Source: Polyangiales bacterium (lineage in GTDB: Bacteria; Myxococcota_A; Polyangia; Polyangiales; Polyangiaceae). Taken from it: a stretch of DNA of 64,000 bases. The position numbers and the translations under genes are program-made. The stretch is taken from assembly GCA_038231275.1 (NCBI GenBank), contig JBBRLQ010000015.1, positions 96,001 to 160,000 on the forward strand, written 5' to 3'. Under the pieces are notes generated by a model that searched no databases, was not told the origin of the DNA, and was given only the letters and a program-made list of their open reading frames with translations. Below are positions 1 through 9,883 of this stretch, piece by piece (the first letter of the stretch is position 1; each line of letters begins with the position of its first letter).

Positions 1-426
1 GGGCACCTTGATCGGACGCTTGTCGGTGCCGAGGTATGGGTGACCGTCGGGCGTGGTGAGCGTGCCGTCGGTCGCCACCTTCACGCCGCCGACGCGCGTG
101 TATCGCTCGCCTTGCGGCGTCTTCACCGTGAACATCCCGTCGCCGCGGATCGCGACGTCGAGAGGCCGACCGGTCTGCGTGATCTGCCCGGGCGACATGT
201 CGGGCGCGACGGCGTCGACGGCCGAATAGCGCACGTTCCGCCACTGCCCCTTCTGCACCGCGGCGTTCGCGCGCGCGGTGCTCGCGCGCGAGAGGATCTC
301 CTTGAACATCGGGCGATCGGCGCGGAAGCCCGGCGTCGACGCGTTCGCGACGTTGTTCGCGGCGGTGTCGAGCACCGCCATCTGTCCCACGGCGCCCGAG
401 AGCGCGCTCCAGATCCCGTCGCTCAT
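1..426 (-). CDS. flgF: Flagellar basal-body rod protein FlgF (runs off window edge)
   Basis: Not in ORF track; manual translation from ATG at 426: MSDGIWSALSGAVGQMAVLDTAANNVANASTPGFRAD...GQITQTGRPLDVAIRGDGMFTV...ERYTR; ATGA overlap with fliA stop. Confidence 0.85.
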   Translation of the reverse strand, partial: MSDGIWSALSGAVGQMAVLDTAANNVANASTPGFRADRPMFKEILSRASTARANAAVQKGQWRNVRYSAVDAVAPDMSPGQITQTGRPLDVAIRGDGMFTVKTPQGERYTRVGGVKVATDGTLTTPDGHPYLGTDKRPIKVP

Positions 427-1151
427 CGCTTCTTCACCTCACGGAGGGGCGGGGTCGGCTTCTTGGACTCGATGTGCGCGCGCATGCGGAGAATGGCCTC
501 GCTGTGGAGCTGGCACGCGCGCGACTCGGTCACGCCGAGGATCGCTCCGATCTCTTTCAGGCTGCACTCGTCCTGGTAGTAGAGGCCTACGACGAGGCGG
601 AGGCGCTCGGGCAGGTAGTCGACGGCGTCGGCGATGCGATCGACGAGCTCGTGCTGCGACGCGATGACGTCGGGCGCTTGGAACTCGCCCTCGCGCGGCG
701 ACGCGACGTCGACGAGCTCGAGCTGCGTGACCTCGGCAGCGGAGACCTGTGCGAGCAAGTCCTGGTAATCGTCGAGCGGCAACCCGAGCTCGCTCGCGAT
801 CTCCGGCTCCTCCGGCGCGCGGCCGAGGCGCAGCGAGAGCTCGCGGACCGCCGCGGTGATCTGGCGAGACGCGTTGCGCATCTTGCGCGACATCGGATCG
901 AGGCTGCGCAGGTAGTCGAGGATGGCGCCGCGGATACGGTGCGACGCGTAGGCCTCGATCTCGTGCTCCGGCATGTCGGGGCCGCAGCGTCGCAGGGCCT
1001 CGGCGAGGCCGACCCACCCGGCGCCGAGCAGATCGTCGAGCGCGACCTCGCGCGGGAGCTTGCGCACCATCCGCATCGCGATGCGGCGGACCATGGGCAT
1101 GTACCGCTCGTACGAGCGCTTCGTGACCGGCGTGGCGGGCTGCGCGCTCAT
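423..1151 (-). CDS. fliA: Flagellar sigma factor sigma28
   Basis: DDLLGAGWVGL, RIRGAILDYLR, LYYQDECSLKEIGAILGVTESRACQLH; start reset to ATG overlapping flhF stop. Confidence 0.95.
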   Translation of the reverse strand: MSAQPATPVTKRSYERYMPMVRRIAMRMVRKLPREVALDDLLGAGWVGLAEALRRCGPDMPEHEIEAYASHRIRGAILDYLRSLDPMSRKMRNASRQITAAVRELSLRLGRAPEEPEIASELGLPLDDYQDLLAQVSAAEVTQLELVDVASPREGEFQAPDVIASQHELVDRIADAVDYLPERLRLVVGLYYQDECSLKEIGAILGVTESRACQLHSEAILRMRAHIESKKPTPPLREVKKR

Positions 1152-2284
1152 GCCATCACCGGGAAGAGCGCCTGGAGCAGCGACTCGACGGTGGCGTCCT
1201 CGATGTCCTCGGGGACGCGCGGTCCCTTGCAGAGGTGGACGAGCGGGATGTTGCCGCGGAGCGCGGCGTGGACGGTGCCGCCGATTTGGTCGGTCTCGTC
1301 GAGCTTGGTGACGACGAGCCCCGTGGGCGTGCACGTCTCGTAGACCGAGTGGAGGCGCTCGACGTCGCGCGCGCGAATCATCGCGGGCACCGTGAGGAGC
1401 ACGTCGATCGCGCGATCCTTCGCGGAGCGCAGGCACTCGGCGAGCATGCCCATCGCGACGCGGTCGCTGGGGGCGCGGCTGGCGGTGTCGACGAGGACGA
1501 CGTCGGCGCGCTCGCACTTGGCGAGTGCGGCTGCGAACTGCTCGCGGTCGTTGGCGACCCAGAGAGGAACGCCCATGAGCTCGACGAAGCGGCGCATCTG
1601 CTCGACGGCACCGACGCGGTACGTGTCGAGCGTGATGACGGCGACCGAGCGTTCCTTCTCGAGGTGCGCGCGGGCGGCGAGCTTGGCGATCGTCGTCGTC
1701 TTGCCGACGCCCGTGGGACCGACGCAGGCGACGAGGCGGCGGCCGGGCTCGTCGACGGGACTACCCTTCACCGTGAGGCGAGAGGCGATGCGATCACGGA
1801 GCCACTTGCGGAGCTCGGCGCCGCCCTTGCCCAGCTTGCTCGCCCCTTGCGCGAGCTCGGTGGCGAGCGCGCCCTCGACTCCGACTGCGTTCAGCATCGC
1901 GACAGCGCGACCGCGCGGGCGCGTCGCGGTGGCGAGCTCCTCCAGCATGGCGCGAACGGCGCGGAGCTCGGCTTCCATCGTGGGATCGGCGCGCGGCGGC
2001 GTGGGCGTGGTCAGCGCCTTCGGGGGAAGCGGTGTCGCAAAGGCGGGGGCTCCCCCGCGGCGAAGCACCTCACGAACGAACGGGGCGGGCGTGCGGCTCG
2101 ACGACGGCGCACTGCGCTCTCCGCTCGTACCGGCGCGCACCTCGACGAACGAGGTCCCGAAGCCGCCGGCCTTCCCGTTCGTCACGTGCCGCGTCGACGC
2201 GATGACCGCCCGCGGCCCGTATGCGGCCTTCACGGCGGCGACCGCCTCTGCGACGTCTCTTCCTCGGAATGTCTCGAAGTTCAT
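1148..2284 (-). CDS. flhF: Flagellar SRP-type GTPase FlhF
   Basis: GPTGVGKTTTIAKLAA, DTYRVGAVEQ, TKLDET, GPRVPEDI. Confidence 0.95.
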   Translation of the reverse strand: MNFETFRGRDVAEAVAAVKAAYGPRAVIASTRHVTNGKAGGFGTSFVEVRAGTSGERSAPSSSRTPAPFVREVLRRGGAPAFATPLPPKALTTPTPPRADPTMEAELRAVRAMLEELATATRPRGRAVAMLNAVGVEGALATELAQGASKLGKGGAELRKWLRDRIASRLTVKGSPVDEPGRRLVACVGPTGVGKTTTIAKLAARAHLEKERSVAVITLDTYRVGAVEQMRRFVELMGVPLWVANDREQFAAALAKCERADVVLVDTASRAPSDRVAMGMLAECLRSAKDRAIDVLLTVPAMIRARDVERLHSVYETCTPTGLVVTKLDETDQIGGTVHAALRGNIPLVHLCKGPRVPEDIEDATVESLLQALFPVMA

Positions 2285-2305
2285 GTGGGCTTACCTCACT
2301 CGGAA

Positions 2306-4432
2306 TCACGCAGCGGCGGCGCGTATCGAAAGGGACTCGAAGGGCCGGATGGTCGTTTGGCTCTCGATCTCGCGGAACGAGAGGACGGAGAGGGTCGGGC
2401 AGCGGCGCTCCGCGAAGGCGCGGACGTAGCGACGCAAGTCGGGGCTCGTCACGAGGACCGGCGTGCGGCTGGCGGCGCGCATACGGGCGACCGATGCTTC
2501 GACCGCGAGGCCGAGCCGGCGCATGTCCTCCGGATCCAAAGCGCCGCCTGCGCCCGACGCGAGGTCGCGAAGCGAGCGGCGGAACATCTCCTCGATGCCC
2601 GGGTCCAGGACGAGCGCCGAGAGGATGCCGTCCGGTCCGCGGAAGTGTGCGCTGATCTGACGTGCGAGGCGTTGGCGCACCATCTCGGTGAGCTGCTCGG
2701 CGTCCTTGGTCGCGGGGGCGATCTCGATGAGGCCCTCCACGATGGTCCGCAGATCGCGGATGCTCACGCTCTCGCGCAGCAGATTGCGGACGACCTTCAG
2801 CACGTCTCCCATGGAGAGCAAGTTGGGTACCAAGTCGTCGACGAGCTTGGGCGTCGTGCGCGAGAAGACGTCGAGAAGGTGCTGGAGGTCGGTGCGGCCG
2901 ACGAGCTCGGCGGCGTGCGTGCGAACGAGCTCGCCCAGATGTGTCGCGATGATCGTCGCGTGATCGACCACCGCGTACCCGAGCGCCTCAGCCATCTCGC
3001 GATCCCGCGTCATCACCCAGCGCGCCGGCGTGCCGAAGACCGGATCGGTGCCCGCCTCGCCCGCCATCTCCGGCGCGGTGCCCGAGTCGTTCATCGCGAG
3101 CAGGCGCCCCGAGCGGAGCTGCGTGCGCGCCACTTCGGTGCCGAGCATCATGAAGCGGTACTCGGACGGCGCGAGCTCCAGGTTGTCGCGGATGCGAACG
3201 GGCGGAAGAATGACGCCCAGATCGAGGGCGTATTGACGCCTCAGCGAGCCGATGCGGTCGAGGAGGCTGCCTCCGTTGCTCCCGTCGACGGCGGAGATGA
3301 GCTCGTACCCCACCTCGAGCGCGAGCGCGTCGAGCGGCAGCGAAGACTCTATCTCCTCGGCCGGTGTCGGCGCCGCCTTGACCTCGGTCGGCTCGGCCGA
3401 CTTGTCACCGTCGACGGTCTTCATCTTCCACGCGCGCGCGCCGAGCGCGGTAGCGAGCGCGAGGAAGGGGAACGCCGGCATCCCCGGGATGAGCGCGAAG
3501 AGCGCCAAGACCCCGGCGGTCAGACCGACAGCGCGACGACTCCCCAGCATCTGCGTCGACAGCGCGCGGCCGATTTGCTCGCCGGCAGCGGAGCGCGTCA
3601 CGACGACGCCAGACGCGGTGGAGATGAGGAGTGAGGGGATCTGCGACACGAGCGCGTCGCCGACCGAGAGGATCGAGAAGGTCTCCGCCGCGTGCGCGAT
3701 GTCCATCCCCGACGCGACGCCGATGAGGAGACCGCCGACGAGGTTGACGAACGTGATGAGGAGGCCCGCGACCGCGTCGCCGTGGACGAACTTGCTGGCG
3801 CCGTCCATCGCGCCGAAGAAGTCGGCTTCGCGCTCGACGTCTTTTCTGCGCTTTTTGGCGATCTCCGCGTTGATCAGGCCCGCGTTCAGGTCCTGATCGA
3901 TCGCCATCTGCTTGCCGGGCATCGCGTCGAGGGTGAAGCGCGCGGCGACCTCGGCCACGCGTCCGGCGCCCTTCGTGATGACGACGAAGTTGATGATCAC
4001 GAGGATCATGAACACGACGAGGCCGACGACCACGTTGCCGCCGACGACGAAGCGCCCGAACGTCTCGACGACGCGACCGGCCGAGCCGTTGCCCTCCGCG
4101 CCGTGGAGGAGAATGAGGCGCGTCGTGGCGACGTTCAGGCTGAGCCGAAGCAGCGTGGCGACGAGGATGACCGTCGGGAAGACGCTGTACTCGAGCGCCT
4201 GCTCGATGAAGAGCGCGATGAGGAACACGCTCACCGCCACCGCGAGGCTGATCGCCAAGAGGCCGTCCAGGAGGAACGGCGGCAGCGGGATCACCATCAC
4301 GAGGATGATGCTCAGGAAGGCGATGGGGACCGCCAAGGATCCGACGCCCACCTTGCTGGCTGCGGTGGCGTTCGCGGTGGCGGCGGAAGTGGACACGAGG
4401 GCTTGGGCTCGTCGTTGCGATCCACGTGCCAT
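2306..4432 (-). CDS. flhA: Flagellar export gate protein FlhA
   Basis: RVAEVAARFTLDAMPGKQMAID, FFGAMDGASKFV; start could be a downstream GTG. Confidence 0.97.
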   Translation of the reverse strand: MARGSQRRAQALVSTSAATANATAASKVGVGSLAVPIAFLSIILVMVIPLPPFLLDGLLAISLAVAVSVFLIALFIEQALEYSVFPTVILVATLLRLSLNVATTRLILLHGAEGNGSAGRVVETFGRFVVGGNVVVGLVVFMILVIINFVVITKGAGRVAEVAARFTLDAMPGKQMAIDQDLNAGLINAEIAKKRRKDVEREADFFGAMDGASKFVHGDAVAGLLITFVNLVGGLLIGVASGMDIAHAAETFSILSVGDALVSQIPSLLISTASGVVVTRSAAGEQIGRALSTQMLGSRRAVGLTAGVLALFALIPGMPAFPFLALATALGARAWKMKTVDGDKSAEPTEVKAAPTPAEEIESSLPLDALALEVGYELISAVDGSNGGSLLDRIGSLRRQYALDLGVILPPVRIRDNLELAPSEYRFMMLGTEVARTQLRSGRLLAMNDSGTAPEMAGEAGTDPVFGTPARWVMTRDREMAEALGYAVVDHATIIATHLGELVRTHAAELVGRTDLQHLLDVFSRTTPKLVDDLVPNLLSMGDVLKVVRNLLRESVSIRDLRTIVEGLIEIAPATKDAEQLTEMVRQRLARQISAHFRGPDGILSALVLDPGIEEMFRRSLRDLASGAGGALDPEDMRRLGLAVEASVARMRAASRTPVLVTSPDLRRYVRAFAERRCPTLSVLSFREIESQTTIRPFESLSIRAAAA

Positions 4433-4444
4433 CGCCCGAACGGT

Positions 4445-5509
4445 TTAGCCCCAGACGACGCGATTCTTCAGGCGGTACACGAACGCCAGGACCTCGGCGA
4501 CGGCGGCGAACAGATCGGCGGGGATTTGACGCCCGACTTTGACGCGCTTGGCGATCGCGCGGGCGAGCGGCTTGTTCTCGACGACGGGGACGCCGGCGTC
4601 CTTCGCGAGTTGGCGCATGAAGAGCGCGACCTCGTCGAATCCCTTGGCGACGACGACTGGAGCGCCGTCCTGCGGGCGATAGCGGAGGGCGACGGAGATG
4701 TGGGTGGGGTTCGCGACGATGACGTCGGCGGACTTGACCATCTTGGCGAGGCCGCGTCGGAGCCGCTCACGTGCACGCGCGCGCATCTTCTGCTTGTGGC
4801 GCGGATCGCCTTCCTGCTGCTTCATCTCGTCCTTGATCTCTTGACGGCTCATCATGAGATCCTTCTCGAGCTTGACGCGATTCCAGAGGTAGTCGGCGCC
4901 GGCGAGGACCGTGAGGGCGACCGTCGCGCGAATGGCGACGTTCTCCGCGGTCTGGCCGACCGCCGACGCCGCGGACACGAGGCTCACGCTGGACATGCGC
5001 ACGAGGAGCGGAAACGCGTCGCGGACGACGCCGTAGGTCATCCACGTCACGACGCCGATGCGCCCGAGCGCGAGGAGGGTCTCGACCGTCGCGTGCTTGG
5101 GGCTGACGAGCATCTTGAGGCGGCTCATCGGATCGAGCCGATCGGCCTTGGGCATCACGAGGTCCAATCTCGGGTGAAATCCCGCCTCCGCGAAGCCGAT
5201 CGTGAGGCCGCCGAGGGTGGCGGCGATGGTCACGGGGACGAGCACGACGAGGAAGATGCTGCCCAGCCGCATCGCGACCGCCTGAACGTCGCCGTGGACG
5301 AGATCGAAGGGCTCGCCGAAGCAGCGCGTCGCGTAGTCCTTCACGTAGAGCGCCGCCATCGGCCCCATCGTCACGAGGAGCAGGATCACCGCGAGCGTCG
5401 CCGCGAGGCCCCCGGCGTCCCTCGCGCGCGCGAATTGGCCCTGTTCGCGCGCGCGCCGGCGCTTCTCCGGTGTCGGCTTCTCGGTCTTGCTCTGGTCGTC
5501 GGAGGCCAC
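4445..5509 (-). CDS. flhB: Export switch protein FlhB
   Basis: KTEKPTPEKRRRAREQGQ; NPTH autocleavage site. Confidence 0.96.
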   Translation of the reverse strand: MASDDQSKTEKPTPEKRRRAREQGQFARARDAGGLAATLAVILLLVTMGPMAALYVKDYATRCFGEPFDLVHGDVQAVAMRLGSIFLVVLVPVTIAATLGGLTIGFAEAGFHPRLDLVMPKADRLDPMSRLKMLVSPKHATVETLLALGRIGVVTWMTYGVVRDAFPLLVRMSSVSLVSAASAVGQTAENVAIRATVALTVLAGADYLWNRVKLEKDLMMSRQEIKDEMKQQEGDPRHKQKMRARARERLRRGLAKMVKSADVIVANPTHISVALRYRPQDGAPVVVAKGFDEVALFMRQLAKDAGVPVVENKPLARAIAKRVKVGRQIPADLFAAVAEVLAFVYRLKNRVVWG

Positions 5510-5512
5510 GGG

Positions 5513-6286
5513 CTACCCTCCGAGCGCCCCGACCAGCCCCTCGATGTGTCGTCCGACATGGGACAGCTGGACGATCATCTCGCGCGCCATGTCGGGCAAC
5601 GCCACGACGAGCGCGATCGTCCCCGCGACGAGGGAGAACGCGAAACCGACGCTGAAGATCTGCATCGCCGGCGCGGCGCGCGAGATGAAGGCGAGCGCCA
5701 CTTGGACCATCAGGAGCACGGCGACCAGCGGCACGCCGAGCCGGAGCCCGGCCTCGACGGTCTGCGCCGTGAGCTGGAGCATCGGCATCGCGGCACGCGG
5801 CGCGTCGACAAGCGTACCGGGCGGAAGCACGCGGTAGCTCGCGAGGAGCGACGCGACGAGGACGCGATGAAGACCGAGGAGAAATCCGAGGAGGAGCGCC
5901 ATGAGGCGGAACATGCGCGTGAGCCCCGACTCGCTCGACTGCGTGTGGGGATCGAACAAGGAAGCGGCGCCGAAGCCGATCATGGGCGACGTGAGATCTC
6001 CCGCGATCTCCACGACCGCCAGCGCGCATCGCGCGACGAAGCCCATCGCGAGGCCCACGAAGAGCTCGCTCGGCACGGCGAGGACCATGTTCCCGAGCTC
6101 CTCCACGCCGATCGGCGCCGGCGCCGCAGCGCCATGCGCGACGACCGCGAGGAGCAAGACCAACGCGACCTTTATGCGCATCGGCGCGTCCTGACCGAGC
6201 ATCGGCGCGATGATGACCAGGCCGGCGCTTCGCGCGGTCTCGAGCGCGAAGACGGCGCCCTCCCGGGGGAGAGCCTCGAGGGTCAT
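5513..6286 (-). CDS. fliR: Export protein FliR
   Basis: Hydrophobic; RAAPAMQIFSVGF; position in fliPQR-flhB. Confidence 0.93.
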   Translation of the reverse strand: MTLEALPREGAVFALETARSAGLVIIAPMLGQDAPMRIKVALVLLLAVVAHGAAAPAPIGVEELGNMVLAVPSELFVGLAMGFVARCALAVVEIAGDLTSPMIGFGAASLFDPHTQSSESGLTRMFRLMALLLGFLLGLHRVLVASLLASYRVLPPGTLVDAPRAAMPMLQLTAQTVEAGLRLGVPLVAVLLMVQVALAFISRAAPAMQIFSVGFAFSLVAGTIALVVALPDMAREMIVQLSHVGRHIEGLVGALGG

Positions 6287-6552
6287 TTGATGATTCCGGA
6301 GATCGCCCGAATGCTCTGCCGCGTGTAGTCGACGAGGCCGGTGAGGATCATCGGTCCCATGACGACCAGCGTGGCGGCCACCGCGATGAGCTTCGCGAGG
6401 TAGCTCACGCTCGCCTCGTTGACCTGCGTGGCCGTCTGGAAGACGCCGACGATGAGCCCGACGATGAGCGCGGCGAGGAGCACCGGCCCCGCCGCCTGCG
6501 CGGCGATCAGCATCGCGTTTCGGAGAAGATCGATGGCACCATCGGTCGTCAT
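6283..6552 (-). CDS. fliQ: Export protein FliQ
   Basis: GLIVGVFQTATQVNEASVSYLAKL; 89 aa from ATG overlapping fliP stop. Confidence 0.94.
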   Translation of the reverse strand: MTTDGAIDLLRNAMLIAAQAAGPVLLAALIVGLIVGVFQTATQVNEASVSYLAKLIAVAATLVVMGPMILTGLVDYTRQSIRAISGIIK

Positions 6553-7211
6553 CGGAAGCTCCGGAGGAGAGATTCGACGACGAGGCTCCATCCGTCGGCG
6601 AGCACGAACAGCAGCATTTTCACGGGCAAGCTGATGGTCGTGGGTGAGACGAACACCATGCCCATGCTCATGAGCAGCGACGCGATCGCGATGTCGACGA
6701 CGAGGAACGGCAAGAGCACCATGACGCCCATCTGGAAGGCCGTGGTGAGCTCGCTCACGACGAACGCGGGGATGGCGATGTGCATCGGCACGTCCTCGGG
6801 CTTGTTCGGGAGCGGCGTCTGCGTCGCCTCGTAGAACACCGCGAGATCGCTCTGTCGGGTCTGCCGCAACATGAACGTCTTGAGCGGCACCGTCGCGAGC
6901 TCCGCGGCTTGCAGCTCGCTGATCTGACCGTGCATGAACGGATCGACCGCCTGCGCCTGCATCTGGCGCGCGACCGGCGCCATCGTGAAGGCCGTGAGGA
7001 AGAGCGCGAGGCCGACGATGACTTGCGTGGGCGGCGTCTGCTGCGTGCCGATGCCCTGGCGCACGAAGGAGAGGACGACGATCGTGCGAACGAACGACGT
7101 CGACGTGAGGATGATCGCCGGAAGGAGCGAGAGGAGCGTGAGGACGGCGAGGATCTTGAGCGACGGCGCGAGGCCACCTTGCGCGCCGATGAGCTGGGCC
7201 CAGTCCTTCAC
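6549..7211 (-). CDS. fliP: Export protein FliP
   Basis: TSFVRTIVVLSFVRQGIGTQQTPP, PAFVVSELTTAF, LPVKMLLFVLADGW. Confidence 0.96.
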   Translation of the reverse strand: MKDWAQLIGAQGGLAPSLKILAVLTLLSLLPAIILTSTSFVRTIVVLSFVRQGIGTQQTPPTQVIVGLALFLTAFTMAPVARQMQAQAVDPFMHGQISELQAAELATVPLKTFMLRQTRQSDLAVFYEATQTPLPNKPEDVPMHIAIPAFVVSELTTAFQMGVMVLLPFLVVDIAIASLLMSMGMVFVSPTTISLPVKMLLFVLADGWSLVVESLLRSFR

Positions 7212-8056
7212 GACTTCCTCTTCACAGCGCGGCGGCGGAGCCCCGAGACCTGGCCCTCGAGCGGCGCGACGGAGGCCGCGGCCGGCACGGCGGCGACGAG
7301 CGCCTCGAGCGAGCGGAGCGCGGCGGTCGTGGTCGTGGTCGTAGCAGGCACCGACGAGAGGCGATTGCTGTTCGCTGGCGAGCGGCGCTCGTACGTGTCG
7401 GTGGTCTCTGCGGCGATCTGGAGCGCGGCGTCGCTCGGCGGAGGTGCTGACGTGCGCGCGCCCTTCAGCGCGTCGAGCATCGCCTGGAACGGACGCGGCG
7501 ATGCGGCGGGCTTGGGACGCATCGTCGGCGCGGCGTCGTCGAACTCGTTCACATCACGGCGCTGGGCGGCGCCGCGCGGCGCGTCGGTGACACGGCCGGC
7601 CCACGCGATGCGGTGAACGGAGCGGTCGGTCACGCCGAGGAGCAAGAGCCGTCCGTTGACTTGCGTGAGCACCACTTGCGCGCGCGGCGAGACGCGGACC
7701 GTCTCGACGATCTGGAGGCGCGAGGTCGTGGGGGCCACGAGCCGCGTCTGCTTGCGACGGCGCATGTAGAACGCCGCGCCGCCGATTCCACCGACGGCCA
7801 AGAGCAATAGGATCGATCGCCACGACGAGCGGGGCGCTTCGGGTTTGCCGACGGCGGCAGGCGCGGGCGAAGGAGGCGCGAGCCAGGCCGGAGGGGCAGG
7901 CGTCGCATCCTGGATCGTAGCCGGAGCCGGAGTCGCGATCGGAGCCGGAGTCGCGGTCGCGGGCGGCGTCGCGGTCGGGTCCGTCGCCGCGGCGGCGAAT
8001 GGGGTCGTCAAGAGCGCGGTGACGAGCGCCAGCGTGCTGGCGGTGCCGGCCTTCAC
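7208..8056 (-). CDS. fliO: FliO with long Pro/Ala-rich extensions
   Basis: TM helix then LQIVETVRVSPRAQVVLTQVNGRLLLLGVT; between fliN and fliP. Confidence 0.8.
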   Translation of the reverse strand: MKAGTASTLALVTALLTTPFAAAATDPTATPPATATPAPIATPAPATIQDATPAPPAWLAPPSPAPAAVGKPEAPRSSWRSILLLLAVGGIGGAAFYMRRRKQTRLVAPTTSRLQIVETVRVSPRAQVVLTQVNGRLLLLGVTDRSVHRIAWAGRVTDAPRGAAQRRDVNEFDDAAPTMRPKPAASPRPFQAMLDALKGARTSAPPPSDAALQIAAETTDTYERRSPANSNRLSSVPATTTTTTAALRSLEALVAAVPAAASVAPLEGQVSGLRRRAVKRKS

Positions 8057-8415
8057 GAGCCGCCCCGCGAACGGTCGCGGACCTGCTCCGCGGTGAGAAC
8101 CTCGGTGACGCGGATGCCGTAGTGATCGCCGACGACCACCGCCTCGCCACGCGCGATGGGGCGGTTGTTGACGTAGATGTCGAGCGGCTCGTCGCTCGCC
8201 TTGGAGAGCTCGAGGACCGCGCCGGTGCCGAGCCGGAGGATCTCGGCGATGCGCATCTTGCGGCGCCCGATCTCCACCGTCACCTCGACCGGCACGTCCA
8301 TGACGAACGCCAAGCCATCGTTGGCTGCGCCGTTGTCGTCCTGCGCGGTCGCTGCTGCGGCGTTCGGCTCGTTCGGCACCGGCTGCTGGGAATCGCTCAT
8401 CGTCATCGCCTCCAC
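8053..8415 (-). CDS. fliN: C-ring protein FliN
   Basis: SpoA domain DVPVEVTVEIGR...IARGEAVVVGDHYGIRV. Confidence 0.95.
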   Translation of the reverse strand: MEAMTMSDSQQPVPNEPNAAAATAQDDNGAANDGLAFVMDVPVEVTVEIGRRKMRIAEILRLGTGAVLELSKASDEPLDIYVNNRPIARGEAVVVGDHYGIRVTEVLTAEQVRDRSRGGS

Positions 8416-8431
8416 TCGGGGAAGCGAGAGT

Positions 8432-9307
8432 TCACTTTCCGTGCCGCGCTCGAATCTCTACGGCGAGCTGGCCGCGCGATGTAATGGGGGAAACCAGGAA
8501 CTTCTCGATGCCCTCGATGCGGAGCGCCACGGCGTCGTCGACGGCGGTAGTCAACCGGATGACGTCGCCCGGCTTGAGCGACAAGACACGCCGAAGGCCG
8601 AGCGACACGCGACCGAGCTCGGCGACGAGCTCCAGCGGAACCTCGGGCAGCGCGTCGCCGATGCGCGGATCGACCTCGGCGGCCTCGCGCGCCTGCGACT
8701 CGCGCACGGAGTCGTCGAACGCCTTTGCGCCGATCGTGAGGACCAGCGCGGTCGGCACACCGGTGCCGTCGACGTCGCACACGGCGCGAAAGCCGGTCGC
8801 CGCCTTCCCCGACTCTTTGCGGGGTTCCTCGTTCGTGATCGCGACATCGAGGCGCGCGACCTGCGCGATGGCCGTGCCGAGGTCGGCGGCGAGCGACCGC
8901 GCGATGCGGCCAACGAGCGCGCGCTGCGGCGACGTCAGCTCGGCGCCGAGCGAGCCGGGTGTAGGCGCGCCGCGCCCACCCAGCGATCCCTCGAGCACCA
9001 TCCCGATCGCTTGCGAGCTCAGGGTCAACGTCGCCCACGCACCGCCGGCGCCCGCGAGGTTCACGGTGAAGCTCGGCGCGTCGTCGAGACCCTCCGCGAG
9101 CGCGTCGCGTGCGGCCATCTCGACGGCGCGCGGGAGAATGCGCCCTTTGAAGCGCGTGAGGAACGGCAGGCTCCGGCGCGCGGCCCTCGCGAACGCCGCC
9201 GCCACCGCGTCCATCGCGCCGTAGGCGTTCGGCGAGAAGTGCTCGCGCGCCGCGAGGTCGAGCTTTCGCACCTCGCCGTTCTGGGCGAGGGGCTCTCCCT
9301 CGGTCAT
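8432..9307 (-). CDS. fliM: C-ring switch protein FliM (divergent, no N-terminal CheY-binding motif)
   Basis: C-terminal SpoA domain (VPLELVAELG...LKPGDVIRL); between fliL and fliN. Confidence 0.8.
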   Translation of the reverse strand: MTEGEPLAQNGEVRKLDLAAREHFSPNAYGAMDAVAAAFARAARRSLPFLTRFKGRILPRAVEMAARDALAEGLDDAPSFTVNLAGAGGAWATLTLSSQAIGMVLEGSLGGRGAPTPGSLGAELTSPQRALVGRIARSLAADLGTAIAQVARLDVAITNEEPRKESGKAATGFRAVCDVDGTGVPTALVLTIGAKAFDDSVRESQAREAAEVDPRIGDALPEVPLELVAELGRVSLGLRRVLSLKPGDVIRLTTAVDDAVALRIEGIEKFLVSPITSRGQLAVEIRARHGK

Positions 9308-9879
9308 TGGACCACGTACTCCGTGATCAGCATCTTTTTGCCGTGCTTCTTCCCGAACACCTTGAGCACGCGGATGCTCAGCTCCTTGCGGATCTGCTCG
9401 AATTTGGCGTGATCGGTGACCTCTTCGTAACTGAGCGTACGGAGGTAGGTGATCTCGGCGTCCTTCGCGCGCATCACGAAGACCTTGACCTCCTCTTCGG
9501 GGATCTCGGCCTTCACCTCGATCGCGATGGCGATCTTGAGGTGGTGCGTCTCGCCGGTGGAGTCGCGGAGATCGACGACGGCGGCCTCGAGGCTCGTGAG
9601 CCCGTGAGACTCCTTCTTGCCCTTCTCGGCCTCGTCGCCCTCGTCTTCCTCTTCGGCGGGGTCGCCGTCCTCCTTGGGAGGGGCGTGCGCCTTGGGGGGT
9701 TTCGGCGGCGCGGGGGCGCCGGCGACGCGGGGGCCGATGATCGGCGAGAGCGCGGCTCCTGCGACGGAGCTGACGCCGACGACGACGAGCAGCCCCACGA
9801 TCGCGAGGAGCTTGCTCTTGCCCTTGCCGGCGGCCGGCGGCGCTTCTTCCTTCTTCTCTTCTTTTTTGGCGTCGGACAC
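9304..9879 (-). CDS. fliL: Basal body-associated protein FliL
   Basis: N-terminal TM, VVDLRDS..HHLKIAI, C-terminal MLITEYVVQ. Confidence 0.88.
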   Translation of the reverse strand: MSDAKKEEKKEEAPPAAGKGKSKLLAIVGLLVVVGVSSVAGAALSPIIGPRVAGAPAPPKPPKAHAPPKEDGDPAEEEDEGDEAEKGKKESHGLTSLEAAVVDLRDSTGETHHLKIAIAIEVKAEIPEEEVKVFVMRAKDAEITYLRTLSYEEVTDHAKFEQIRKELSIRVLKVFGKKHGKKMLITEYVVQ

Positions 9880-9883
9880 GGGG

